From a virus, in the IMG/VR virus record IMGVR_UViG_3300045988_135453: a stretch of 64,000 nucleotides of DNA; one strand, given 5' to 3'. Each line of letters starts with the position of its first letter. The stretch's first letter is position 1. Positions 9,537 through 18,272 of the stretch are shown one piece after another. Both the position numbers and the translations under genes were made by a program. Under the pieces are notes generated by a model. The model was not told the origin of the DNA and did not search any database. It saw only the letters and a program-made list of their open reading frames with translations.

Positions 9537-10118
9537 CTATCGTTTATTGTAAAGCCATGTACAAATTCCAACAACAGCTATCCAGAATAAAAAGAGTGTG
9601 ATTAGATCAAAAGTTGATGTTGACTTTATCTCCTTCGTGTTCTTCTCCTTCACCACATTCGTGCTATCCTTTTTCGCCCAGTGGGTGCCAACGTCCTGTC
9701 TATTGCTCAACACTAAGCTATCTATTGTGTGCTGCATCCGTGATATTATCTCTTCTTGATGCTTCAGTCGTGCCTCGTATGTGGCATTGCGCTCATAGTC
9801 GCCCTTGCGGTGTATTGTCCGGTCGGTGGTGGTGGTCTTGTTGCCCTGGGCATCCGTGCTCTCGGTCACTCGCTCGGTAATGGTCTCCTCGTTACAACCC
9901 TTGTCGGTCATGCTGCCGAACGTATGATTCTCGTCCGTGACTATAACGGCGCTACTGTCCGTCCTCGTTTCCGATTTTGTCACGCTGTCCTTAACGATGG
10001 TTACGGTGCTATCACGCCGTTGCTCACTACTCCCCTGCTCCACCTTTCTTGAGGCAGCGCAGCTCGCAAACGTGATTACAGCCAGAAGCCATAATGTAAT
10101 GATCTTGATTTTTCCCAT
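9537..10118 (-). CDS. putative lipoprotein with C-terminal membrane anchor, S/T-rich
   Basis: Start moved to MGKIKIITLWLLAVITFASC (lipobox-like FASC). C-terminal hydrophobic FDLITLFLFWIAVVGICTWLY. Confidence 0.6.
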   Translation of the reverse strand: MGKIKIITLWLLAVITFASCAASRKVEQGSSEQRRDSTVTIVKDSVTKSETRTDSSAVIVTDENHTFGSMTDKGCNEETITERVTESTDAQGNKTTTTDRTIHRKGDYERNATYEARLKHQEEIISRMQHTIDSLVLSNRQDVGTHWAKKDSTNVVKEKNTKEIKSTSTFDLITLFLFWIAVVGICTWLYNKR

Positions 10119-10232
10119 GTGTTTTAATATATCTTGTTGGTTTCTGCATACAAAAGTAAAAAAAGTTGCTGACACAAACAGGACATATTAAAACACCGCC
10201 TACCCTTGGGAATGGGTAAGCGGTGTGAATTT

Positions 10233-11789
10233 TTATTGCTTTACGATCTTATATTTTAAGGTTATTGTCTTGCCGAATACCTTTGCCAAACATTTTTTAG
10301 TATGATTTAAAACGGCAACATCCGTGAAATGTGCTTCTATCATTTCCACTTGGGCCTTGCTCGTAGCACCAAGACATACTGTACCGTTCTCAAGCGATAT
10401 GTACCTAACCCTTCTCAAGTCAGAAGCAAGTTGTTTGTCAATTAAGTTTAAAAACATCTGCCATTCTTTTTCCCAAGGTTCCTCCTCAACTTCGGCAAAG
10501 TTAAACGTCTGCTGCCGTGGCTCGGGCTTCGCACTATGCTGCTTTATCCATTGCTCCATGATGTAAAACACGAACTCTTCCATCGTACCACTCCATCTAT
10601 GCGGCTGCTCCACTGCCTTGTGCACACCATTATAGGCATACGTCTTGAAGTCGTTCCAAAGGTCTTCAGGAACACCGGCAACAAACGTTTTGAGCCGTTC
10701 TTCGTCGAGTGTAGGATATAGCGACATCAGCTTGGCGCACAAACGCTTTTCTGACGAGCCACGATGCAGTTCCAGATCTCGCGCCACACCCAACGGCGTG
10801 CGCTTGATATGAAACTTTATCTTTTCCGGATTGCCTCGTTTTGCGCTGCCTCTATAAATAGGCTCGTAGCCTTTTTTGTCTGGGTCAACACACGAGAGCA
10901 TTATCTCTATCTTGTTTTCCTCGCACAGTCGTTCCATGTCACCACGCGCCACATCCAACACCTGTTTGCGGAACTGTGAGAATTTTTGATATTTCTCAGT
11001 AGTCACGACCTTTGCGGGTTGCGTATCGTCGCTTTTCTCAACGTCTACCTTAAACATACCCAACGCATCTTTCAACTCATGATAGTCTATAACCGGGTGC
11101 ATCTGCCCTTTGCTCGCATACTTCATCAACAGGAGGTAAAGACGTGACGTGTAAGCCGAGTTGCAGAAATAGGCTATTCGTTCAAGATGATTGAAATATC
11201 CGTCCGTCATATCAAACACGGCTTTTGCTACCTCGATGTTGATCGTCACCTCAATATATCCGTCACGTCTAAACTTGCGCACCTCCTGTCCGTCCTCGTC
11301 TAACTTTGTACCGCTATCCCCCGAATAGTTAAGGTCTTCTCCTTCTCGCGACGTGAAATTCTTAGGAATAAATATCTTACTGAAGATAGGCATGTAGTCC
11401 TCACCTTTTCTAAGTCCTGTTGCTGGATCAAAACGCGGAAGGTGAAACTCAATTTTCTTCATTTGGTTTATCACCTTCACCGACTCGTCATAATGACTAC
11501 TGTCTATACCAAAGTCAGCCAGACGCAAACGTATCGATCCCATCTTTAGCAGGTCTTCTTTCGTTATGCCTCCATTCGGACGTTCTTTGCTCAAATATCG
11601 GTGCTCATTCAAGAACTTGGCAAAATGGTCTTGCAGTCGTCCGCTTACCAACAACATAACATCCTGCTGTATGAGGGAATAGCTTTTAGCGTATGATGTA
11701 TAGTTGACGGGCGTGTTAATCCAGCGCAGCTCATTTAGGGCAAGTTGTAGTTGGTTTTCTCTATCTTCTTTTCTCGCTTTCTTTGCCAT
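10233..11789 (-). CDS. plasmid-type replication initiator (Rep_3-like)
   Basis: 518 aa. Contains segments typical of iteron-binding winged-helix initiators (YSLIQQDVMLLVSGRL, SAYTSRLYLLLMKY). The start codon abuts the iteron array. Confidence 0.65.
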   Translation of the reverse strand: MAKKARKEDRENQLQLALNELRWINTPVNYTSYAKSYSLIQQDVMLLVSGRLQDHFAKFLNEHRYLSKERPNGGITKEDLLKMGSIRLRLADFGIDSSHYDESVKVINQMKKIEFHLPRFDPATGLRKGEDYMPIFSKIFIPKNFTSREGEDLNYSGDSGTKLDEDGQEVRKFRRDGYIEVTINIEVAKAVFDMTDGYFNHLERIAYFCNSAYTSRLYLLLMKYASKGQMHPVIDYHELKDALGMFKVDVEKSDDTQPAKVVTTEKYQKFSQFRKQVLDVARGDMERLCEENKIEIMLSCVDPDKKGYEPIYRGSAKRGNPEKIKFHIKRTPLGVARDLELHRGSSEKRLCAKLMSLYPTLDEERLKTFVAGVPEDLWNDFKTYAYNGVHKAVEQPHRWSGTMEEFVFYIMEQWIKQHSAKPEPRQQTFNFAEVEEEPWEKEWQMFLNLIDKQLASDLRRVRYISLENGTVCLGATSKAQVEMIEAHFTDVAVLNHTKKCLAKVFGKTITLKYKIVKQ

Positions 11790-12133
11790 ACCTACGTTTT
11801 TATTTACTTAAACCTACGTTTTTATGTACCAAAACCTACGGATTTGTTTACCAACTCCTACGTTTTTGTCTACTTCGTATGCTCTAACTCGTTGGTTTTC
11901 AGCTTCTCAAAAAATCTTTAATATAATATAATTACAATCTATTATTTTATTCCGTTTTTAAAACAAAAAAAAATCCATATCTTATAATTATATTATATTA
12001 AGAGGTTTTAGAAGAATTGATTATCAGTTAGTTATCTACGGTGAAGTAAACAAAAACGTAGGAGTTGGTAAACAAATCCGTAGGTTTAAGTAAACAAATC
12101 CGTAGGAGTTGGTAAACAAATCCGTAGGTGTTG
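11790..12133. repeat. iteron cassette 1, candidate replication origin
   Basis: Four direct copies of (A)ACCTACG(T/G)(T/A)TTTNT(T)TAC at 11790..11860 and four inverted copies (GTAAACAAAWCCGTAGG) at 12046..12133, flanking an AT-rich core. Confidence 0.75.
11919..12000. repeat. 50-bp AT-rich core bounded by perfect 16-bp inverted repeats (copy 1)
   Basis: taatataatataatta at 11919..11934 and its exact reverse complement at 11985..12000. Confidence 0.85.
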
Positions 12134-12193
12134 TAAACCAAAACAGCACACTTTTGTAGTGACTTGGTAAAAACTTTATTAGGATTTTACATA

Positions 12194-12751
12194 TTACAAG
12201 TCCTCGTTGAGTATCGCCTCGCTTTTTTCAAAGTTATCCATATCGGTGTACATCAGACAAATAGAAACACCAGACCCGAAGCTGGGCGTTTTCAATGATT
12301 GAAGGATAAAACCAATGCTGTTGCCACCTGTTTCGTCAGGAATATTAAACGCCAGTCCAATAACATCGCCGTCTGGACCTCGGTTTTCCTCGGGCGTGGT
12401 GTTAGGATATTTCCGTTGCAAACTCTCGGTTAAGTTCAAGAAGGGGATATGAGCAGACTCTACAGTTGGATATTGCATTTCAACCGCAGCACTGAACACC
12501 ATTTTGCTTTTAGGATTATAAGCAACATTAATCGTAGCGTTCTCACCCATAAACGTGCCGTTAAAGACTCTACAGCCTTGCCCAGCTGCTTTCGACTTCG
12601 CTGCATCGTATGTCACGCCCTTAGCCTTCAGCTTCAAGGCAAAGTTGTCCACCGTTCCGTCTAATGGTATGCCCATAAACTTCATGTGCTGCTGTGCGCT
12701 TGCTGCCATACACAGGCAGAACGCGAACAATACTGATATTATCTTCTTCAT
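12194..12751 (-). CDS. secreted protein or lipoprotein (moron-like)
   Basis: Signal peptide MKKIISVLFAFCLCMAASAQQ. Lies between the two iteron cassettes. Confidence 0.75.
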   Translation of the reverse strand: MKKIISVLFAFCLCMAASAQQHMKFMGIPLDGTVDNFALKLKAKGVTYDAAKSKAAGQGCRVFNGTFMGENATINVAYNPKSKMVFSAAVEMQYPTVESAHIPFLNLTESLQRKYPNTTPEENRGPDGDVIGLAFNIPDETGGNSIGFILQSLKTPSFGSGVSICLMYTDMDNFEKSEAILNEDL

Positions 12752-12774
12752 AAGAAATTAGTCTATTACATTTG

Positions 12775-13032
12775 TTCCTATTTACGTTTTTATATGCCAA
12801 AACCTACGTTTTTGTTTACCAACTCCTACGTTTTTGTTTACTTCGTATGCTCTAACTCGTTGATTTTCAACTTCTCAAAAATTCCTTAACATAATATAAT
12901 TATAAGATATGAATTTTTTCGTTTTAAAAAGGAATAAAATAATAACTTATAATTATATCATATTAAGAGGTTTTGGAAGTGTTAATTATCAATTAGTTAT
13001 CTACAATGATGTAAACAAATCCGTAGGTGTTG
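12775..13032. repeat. iteron cassette 2, a shorter paralogue of cassette 1
   Basis: Three direct iterons (12775..12841) and one inverted iteron (13011..13032). Long stretches are near-identical to cassette 1 (ccaactcctacgtttttgt.tacttcgtatgctctaactcgttg; aaacagcacacttttgtagtgacttggtaaaaa). Confidence 0.75.
12887..12965. repeat. 47-bp AT-rich core bounded by 16-bp inverted repeats (copy 2), inverted relative to copy 1
   Basis: Arms are taacataatataatta and taattatatcatatta. The core taagatatgaattttttcgttttaaaaaggaataaaataataactta matches the reverse complement of core 1. Confidence 0.8.
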
Positions 13033-13091
13033 CAAACCCAAACAGCACACTTTTGTAGTGACTTGGTAAAAAGATTTAGTAGGATTTTACC

Positions 13092-13514
13092 TTACTTATT
13101 CCGCTCAACAAACTCATGTATTGCTTGCAAAGCGAGGTCCTTCAACGTGCGCCCAGTTTGAAATTTCATCATTGTCAACTGCATATAGTCCTCCATAGGC
13201 ACGTTTACGACGATGCCGTTCTCAGTCTTTTTCCCCTTTGTAGCAAATGAGGTGTCTGTCAGGGTTCTTCTATGATTACGCCCTTTGGCTGCTTGTGTCG
13301 AGGTGTTTTTGGCTCTATTCTCTGCTGCTTCACTCTCTTTATTATCGACTACTGCCTCATTCGTAGGCTCAGTTGTTGGTTTTCTTTCCGACTTGGCCAC
13401 AACAGCAGAAGATTCCTCTTGCTGTGTACTCTGTGTCAAAAGGGGTGCTTCGCTGTTGTCCCTTATATCGTCTGCCACTTTTTTTACTGGCGAATCGTTC
13501 CAATTAAATCCCAT
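13092..13514 (-). CDS. ParG/CopG-like ribbon-helix-helix partner of ParA (centromere-binding candidate)
   Basis: 140 aa. Disordered basic N-terminal part and a C-terminal segment IVVNVPMEDYMQL...LKDLALQAIHEFVERNK. Immediately downstream of parA. Confidence 0.5.
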   Translation of the reverse strand: MGFNWNDSPVKKVADDIRDNSEAPLLTQSTQQEESSAVVAKSERKPTTEPTNEAVVDNKESEAAENRAKNTSTQAAKGRNHRRTLTDTSFATKGKKTENGIVVNVPMEDYMQLTMMKFQTGRTLKDLALQAIHEFVERNK

Positions 13515-13526
13515 GGTTATCTCTTT

Positions 13527-14378
13527 TTATTGATTCTTGAATGTGTCAACTATTTCTTTTGCAAACGCCTCATAGCTCTGAGCTGCGTCACAGTCGGGAG
13601 CATAAGTGAAGATGTCCTGCATCATCGCCTGGGCTTCCACAATCTTTGTGCGACGCGGAATCTCTGTCTTGAACACATAACTGCCGTATTCCTCATCAAT
13701 ATGTTTCGAGAAGCCCACGCTTGCCTTTGTGCGCTTGTCAACCATCACCTTCAGCAGTCCGCGAAGTTCAAGGTTGGGGTTAATCTCGTTTCTCACTTCC
13801 TTTGCCCAGTGTATCACGCTTGACGAGCCAAATGTTGGCAGCGCTTCAAGCTGCATGGGGATGATGATGCCTGTTGCCACAGACATGGCGTTCTTGGTCA
13901 CGAGGTTCATGGCAGGAGGACAGTCGATGATGATATAGTCGAAGGCTTCTATTACACTCTGCTTGCCGCCTTTGTCTTCTGGGAGCACTACGGGTAATGC
14001 GAACAACTTACACAGCACTTTTAATGGGTTCAACTCACGCAGCAGAAACGGCTCCACGTTTAGCATGTCTTCAGATGAAGGAGCGATAAAAAGGTTGCCG
14101 TAATAGTCCTGCTTGTCAATGCTCACCTGGTACACAGGCATCGCAGTCTTGTCTACCAAGGCTTCGTACATTGTGCCGTGCTTGTCCTGACGATCACGCC
14201 AGCCGCACAGCAACGAAACGTTCGCAACCTGAGCATCGAGGTCTACAATAAGCACTCGCATGTCTGGGTTCAGCTTGATCAATCCGCAAGCCAAATTGTG
14301 GGCAGTTGTGCTCTTACCCACCCCGCCTTTGTCATTCACAATGGCGAGAACTTCTCTTAGTCTTTCCATAATTATCAA
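13527..14378 (-). CDS. parA: ParA-family partition ATPase
   Basis: Deviant Walker A IVNDKGGVGKSTTAHNLA and the typical ParA/Soj length and layout. Confidence 0.9.
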   Translation of the reverse strand: MIIMERLREVLAIVNDKGGVGKSTTAHNLACGLIKLNPDMRVLIVDLDAQVANVSLLCGWRDRQDKHGTMYEALVDKTAMPVYQVSIDKQDYYGNLFIAPSSEDMLNVEPFLLRELNPLKVLCKLFALPVVLPEDKGGKQSVIEAFDYIIIDCPPAMNLVTKNAMSVATGIIIPMQLEALPTFGSSSVIHWAKEVRNEINPNLELRGLLKVMVDKRTKASVGFSKHIDEEYGSYVFKTEIPRRTKIVEAQAMMQDIFTYAPDCDAAQSYEAFAKEIVDTFKNQ

Positions 14379-14419
14379 TATTAAAATGTTTTACGCTGCA
14401 AATTTAAGAATAATATTTA

Positions 14420-14660
14420 ACCTTACCAAATTTTTATCTACTTATTTATTTACCTATTTACTTACGCATTTATCTATCTACCTATTTACCTACTTACCTA
14501 AATATTTATCTAAGTATTTATCTAAATATCTAACAACCTATTTACATACATAAGTAAGTAAGTAAATATGTAAATAAAAGCCTATATAGTTATCTATGTA
14601 GATAAATAAATATATAGGTAAATAAATATATAAGTACGTTCGTAAATACTAACGTAAGTA
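14420..14660. promoter_or_regulatory. centromere-like (parC/parS-type) repeat field upstream of parA
   Basis: At least 8 plus-strand copies of TATTTA(C/T)NTA (14430..14550), then at least 5 copies of the complement (GRTAAATA) at 14555..14650. Includes an (AAGT)3 microsatellite at about 14553..14566. Confidence 0.6.
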
Positions 14661-14702
14661 CTAAAATACAGAAATATAAAAGTATTAAAGTATAAAAGTA
14701 TC

Positions 14703-15221
14703 TTATTCCCATTTGTCTTCTATCTTTATATCTATGTGTACGTCACCTTTTGTTCTCACGGTTCTTATGGGCAATAGGCAATAGCGAGTTATCGTACCCG
14801 CCATTGTCACATTGCCGTGGGGCTTGAATGTATAGAAACGGCCTGTGCCAAACGTCGTACTGCCAGCCTTTATGCCCTTGTCTTTGGAATCGTCAAAACA
14901 CAGGATGCGCTGTTTGCTGTGCCAACATCCGACAGGCGCGTCAACGAGTTTCAAGAAGCGCGTAGCCTCCAATCTTGTAGGAAGTCGGTAGCGCGGATCT
15001 TTGATCAACGACGATGGGGTAGGGTAGTCGGTCAGTGTCACGTCCTTCACCTCGCGCCTTTGCATGTAGAACCGTGCCGTGTCGTTCTCCGCCCACAGCA
15101 CCTCACCAGCCTGTTCTTGCTCAACATCGCCCGAGCCTCCATCAGGTACAGCCACATCGGGCTTGCTACCCTCATTGCTCGGTGTATAGGGCTTGTCGCA
15201 TGCTACCGTTACGCACGTCAT
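14703..15221 (-). CDS. hypothetical protein
   Basis: 172-aa ORF. ATGA start/stop overlap with the upstream gene. Confidence 0.6.
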   Translation of the reverse strand: MTCVTVACDKPYTPSNEGSKPDVAVPDGGSGDVEQEQAGEVLWAENDTARFYMQRREVKDVTLTDYPTPSSLIKDPRYRLPTRLEATRFLKLVDAPVGCWHSKQRILCFDDSKDKGIKAGSTTFGTGRFYTFKPHGNVTMAGTITRYCLLPIRTVRTKGDVHIDIKIEDKWE

Positions 15222-15463
15222 TTCGCACGCAACTGCTGGTATTGCTCATCGCTGAGTTTCCCTTCTTTGTGTAGCTGTTCGATATACAGCCGTGCTACAA
15301 CGCCCAAGGCATTCTTCATGCTCTCGTATGCAAGTCGCAGGTTATCACCCTCAAGCAATCTAAAGTCAGAGGTCCTCCCGTCCTTCCATACTTCAATTTC
15401 CATTTTCACATTCTCGTCATCGCCGCCTACGACAATGCGGATCTCAAATTTCTGGTTTTTCAT
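15218..15463 (-). CDS. hypothetical protein
   Basis: 81-aa ORF, translationally coupled to the next gene. Confidence 0.6.
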   Translation of the reverse strand: MKNQKFEIRIVVGGDDENVKMEIEVWKDGRTSDFRLLEGDNLRLAYESMKNALGVVARLYIEQLHKEGKLSDEQYQQLRAK

Positions 15464-15480
15464 AAATGCTCTACTTTTGT

Positions 15481-15621
15481 TTCTTACTTTTTATTTTTTT
15501 TCTTAGTTATCGTGATTTCGATACAATACCCGTCATCGGTATCAATCTTCACTCCAGTCTTGTCTGCTCCTGCGTGATCCGCAAGAGCCTTCAAGTTTTC
15601 AAAATACTCTCCTATAGTCAT
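15481..15621 (-). CDS. possible 46-aa protein
   Basis: Own translation: MTIGEYFENLKALADHAGADKTGVKIDTDDGYCIEITITKKKNKK. It fills an otherwise empty gap. Below the ORF-track cut-off. Confidence 0.3.
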
Positions 15622-15648
15622 AATAGTTGTGTTTTATAATTATATGAA

Positions 15649-15840
15649 TCACATTACAAGTGACCTCACCAGACTTTTGCCCTTCTCTGTCAACCTATAC
15701 ACATCCTCATTGAACATTTCCATATAGCTCTCTGAGAGATACCCAGCTTCCACAAGTTCCTTCAGTTCCGGACGTGCTGCCGTTCCATTCACTCGACCAT
15801 ATCCTGCAAAGCCCTTCTTCAAGATATGCTCCATCGTCAC
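15649..15840 (-). CDS. hypothetical small protein
   Basis: 63-aa ORF from the ORF track. Confidence 0.5.
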   Translation of the reverse strand: MTMEHILKKGFAGYGRVNGTAARPELKELVEAGYLSESYMEMFNEDVYRLTEKGKSLVRSLVM

Positions 15841-15885
15841 AATCTGATCCTTTGAAAAGGATCTTTGTTTCTGTCATAGTTAAAT

Positions 15886-15951
15886 AAAATTCAAAATTGA
15901 TAATTCAAAATCGCGAAGCGATAACTCAAAACTCAAAATTCAAAATTCAAC
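15886..15951. repeat. AATTCAAAA(CTCAAAA) repeat block around hairpin atcgc-gaa-gcgat
   Basis: Same unit family as 367..519 and 49366..49446. On the minus strand the hairpin is followed by TTTTGAATT, so it may terminate the 15954 gene. Confidence 0.6.
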
Positions 15952-15953
15952 AC

Positions 15954-16199
15954 TCACTCTCGCATCCCGCCGATCATCGGCATTAAGAACACCGCAGCGC
16001 CCGCAAACGCTAACATCACGACACCAGTTGACACAGCCATCAGCACCGCCAGTACACCCGCCAACACAGTCTTCACGCTCACGCCCTTGTCTTCACTTTC
16101 CGACGTGTCTTCGCGTTCTCTTCGTAGTGTCGGCTCGCCTACCTGCGGATAGTTACGCTTTCGCTTCGGCTTTTCCTCAAAATTCTCAATCTTAGTCAT
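15954..16199 (-). CDS. small membrane protein
   Basis: 81 aa with a hydrophobic C-terminal half VLAGVLAVLMAVSTGVVMLAFAGAAVFLMPMIGG. Confidence 0.6.
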   Translation of the reverse strand: MTKIENFEEKPKRKRNYPQVGEPTLRREREDTSESEDKGVSVKTVLAGVLAVLMAVSTGVVMLAFAGAAVFLMPMIGGMRE

Positions 16200-16235
16200 A
16201 TTCTATAAAATATTAAAATGTTGTTTTTTGGTGTG

Positions 16236-16544
16236 TTAATCCTCGTCCTCGTTAGGCGTAGAATCCTCGTTGTCGTGCCAGAAATGAGTGTATTGCGCCA
16301 AATCAATTCTTGTAATCAGATTGTCATCAGGATAACACTCCTCGTCAAGCCCGAGATACATATCTATTTCCTTGCCCGATTTGAAGCCAACTGTCACAAT
16401 GTCCCCGTTGCCGCCCAATCCCTCATGACGGTGGTAATATGCCACCTCACGAGCATCAAATGTAATTACATGATCCTCAAGTGTTTCATCGACACCTGCT
16501 GCAATTCTCGCATTGATAAATGGATATACCTTCTTTGTTGCCAT
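16236..16544 (-). CDS. hypothetical acidic protein
   Basis: 102-aa ORF from the ORF track. Confidence 0.6.
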   Translation of the reverse strand: MATKKVYPFINARIAAGVDETLEDHVITFDAREVAYYHRHEGLGGNGDIVTVGFKSGKEIDMYLGLDEECYPDDNLITRIDLAQYTHFWHDNEDSTPNEDED

Positions 16545-16580
16545 AACACTTTGTTTTTTTATTATTGTTATTATTTGTTT

Positions 16581-17138
16581 TCACTTCTCTACTTGCGCCA
16601 ATACGCCTACGACTCGTGCTTTGTCGTCGATATACCGATTAACCAAACAATAGTCTCCTGTCTTCACCCACTTGTAAGGAATACGCTTATAATCCCCGAA
16701 GTTTCCCAACGGCCTGTAATAACGTCGCTTGCTTTCGTCTTCAGGACATTCTGACGATGAACTGATAGCAAGGGAGCCAATGTTATTACAGAAAACGCCA
16801 TCTTTCCACGTCCCTTCCTTGTACACATGATATGTCTCAGGCTCTTTTGCCTCCGACAATATCATGTCGCGAGCCTTCAATCCCAAGTCAGCATAAGGCT
16901 CGGTAAGATCTACCTCAAAATCGAAGCAAGTTGCAGCGCGAAGAATGCACATCGCATAATCAGTCACAGCACCTTTGCCCCCGCTCGTAACACGCACACA
17001 GCGCATGGTGTCCGTGATATACTGTCCGCCACCGTGCTGGAGGATCCACTCATGCACATCGTCGGCCACGATATATCGCCGCGTTTTGCCTTCCATGGCA
17101 GGGCGGCCAGCTCTTGTGTTACTTGTTGTTGTTTCCAT
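16581..17138 (-). CDS. hypothetical protein
   Basis: 185-aa ORF directly downstream of an HTH gene. Confidence 0.65.
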   Translation of the reverse strand: METTTSNTRAGRPAMEGKTRRYIVADDVHEWILQHGGGQYITDTMRCVRVTSGGKGAVTDYAMCILRAATCFDFEVDLTEPYADLGLKARDMILSEAKEPETYHVYKEGTWKDGVFCNNIGSLAISSSSECPEDESKRRYYRPLGNFGDYKRIPYKWVKTGDYCLVNRYIDDKARVVGVLAQVEK

Positions 17139-17158
17139 ATCGTTTTACCTTTTTACCT

Positions 17159-17389
17159 TTAAAAGCTCTTTTCCACCATCCTCAGCTCGGCACCTAACGC
17201 TCCTGCAATCTTGTTAAGCACATCAATATTGACGGCATACTTGCCGGCTTCCACGCTGCGGACGTTTGCTGCTGTGATGCCCGCAATCTGGGCGAGCTGC
17301 TCCTGCTCCCAGCCCTGGGCGGTGCGCATCGCGCGGATGCTCTCGCCCATGGCCTTACGTTTGTCGTAAATGATTTTGTCTTTTTCCAT
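17159..17389 (-). CDS. XRE-family HTH protein
   Basis: 76 aa with the classic HTH_3 pattern SIRAMRTAQGWEQEQLAQIAGITAANVRSVEAGKYAVNIDVLNKIAGAL. Confidence 0.8.
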   Translation of the reverse strand: MEKDKIIYDKRKAMGESIRAMRTAQGWEQEQLAQIAGITAANVRSVEAGKYAVNIDVLNKIAGALGAELRMVEKSF

Positions 17390-17408
17390 ATTGTCTATAA
17401 TAAATCAA

Positions 17409-18191
17409 TTAATTATCGTTCTGTTCTATCTGCTCAAGTTTCAAGTACACCAAAGTGTTCTTGTCATAATATCTTCGAGGCGCAGCCGAGGAAAAGTAGG
17501 TGTTTTTGCTCTCTTTGATGTAGGGAGCTGCATCCACTATTTTCTTCCCGAAGCTTGTCAGGGCGTGCGTCTTACCGATGATGTTTATGCCAGACTCGTA
17601 AGCCTTCCGCACAGCAACGGCGAAACGATGCAAAGATGCTTTTGAAGGTTTATCCTCCTTTGCGACCGTTGTCAATACTTTCAGATGATCAGACTCGCGA
17701 GCCTTTGCCCGAAGCTCTAAACTCCCATACTTCTTATAATTTATGCACACGACATAATCACCAGGCTTCAAGACTTCAAGGCGCTCTTCTAACAGGTCGT
17801 AACTTTGCAGAACCTCAAAAGGTTTGACCGTGACATTCTCCTTTGTTCCTGCCAGTGCAGCTCTCGCCGCCTTGGCTTCTTCGAGAGCTTTAGCCCTTGC
17901 TTCAATTTCGGCTTTCGCTTGCAAGGCTTCGTGTTCTCGCCGTGCTTCGTCCTCAGCAATCTCTCGCTCTACTGCTGAGCGTATCTCTTCAATAGTCTTG
18001 CCCATATCACGACAATACGCCCAAAGACTACCACCAAACATGTTATAACTGTTTATCAGGTCCTTCTCGTTGTCGCATTTTCTGCCATCCATCCGAGTGA
18101 CACGCAGCCTCCCCGTCAGCTCGTCTCTATATACAAGCATATAGGTGGAGCGTAGGTTCTTCGACTTCCATACTCTGATCTGTTCTGCCAT
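17409..18191 (-). CDS. hypothetical protein with central Ala/Glu-rich coiled coil
   Basis: 260-aa ORF from the ORF track. Confidence 0.7.
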   Translation of the reverse strand: MAEQIRVWKSKNLRSTYMLVYRDELTGRLRVTRMDGRKCDNEKDLINSYNMFGGSLWAYCRDMGKTIEEIRSAVEREIAEDEARREHEALQAKAEIEARAKALEEAKAARAALAGTKENVTVKPFEVLQSYDLLEERLEVLKPGDYVVCINYKKYGSLELRAKARESDHLKVLTTVAKEDKPSKASLHRFAVAVRKAYESGINIIGKTHALTSFGKKIVDAAPYIKESKNTYFSSAAPRRYYDKNTLVYLKLEQIEQNDN

Positions 18192-18236
18192 AATAGAATT
18201 GTTTTTTAAATATTTGTTAATAATACAGCCAATTTC

Positions 18237-18267
18237 TTTGTCCGTACCGTTTTAATTCTTATATTTG
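18237..18267 (+). promoter_or_regulatory. Bacteroidota-type promoter (-33 TTTG, -7 TATATTTG) on the plus strand
   Basis: TTTG at 18237..18240 and TATATTTG at 18260..18267, with 19-nt spacing. It points away from all neighbouring genes. Confidence 0.55.
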
Positions 18268-18272
18268 CACCA

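Noticed and set aside
14400-14700. Repeat field (and the 37001..37057 heptamers) considered as a CRISPR array
   Set aside because: The units are only 7-10 bp and directly abutting or irregularly spaced, with no 25-40-bp repeat/spacer periodicity. No cas genes are present.
15846-15870. Hairpin gatcctt-tgaa-aaggatc followed by TTTGTTT on the plus strand, considered as a plus-strand terminator
   Set aside because: No plus-strand gene or promoter lies upstream of it. It sits in the 5' leader of the minus-strand 15840 gene, so its role is unclear and I could not support a terminator call.
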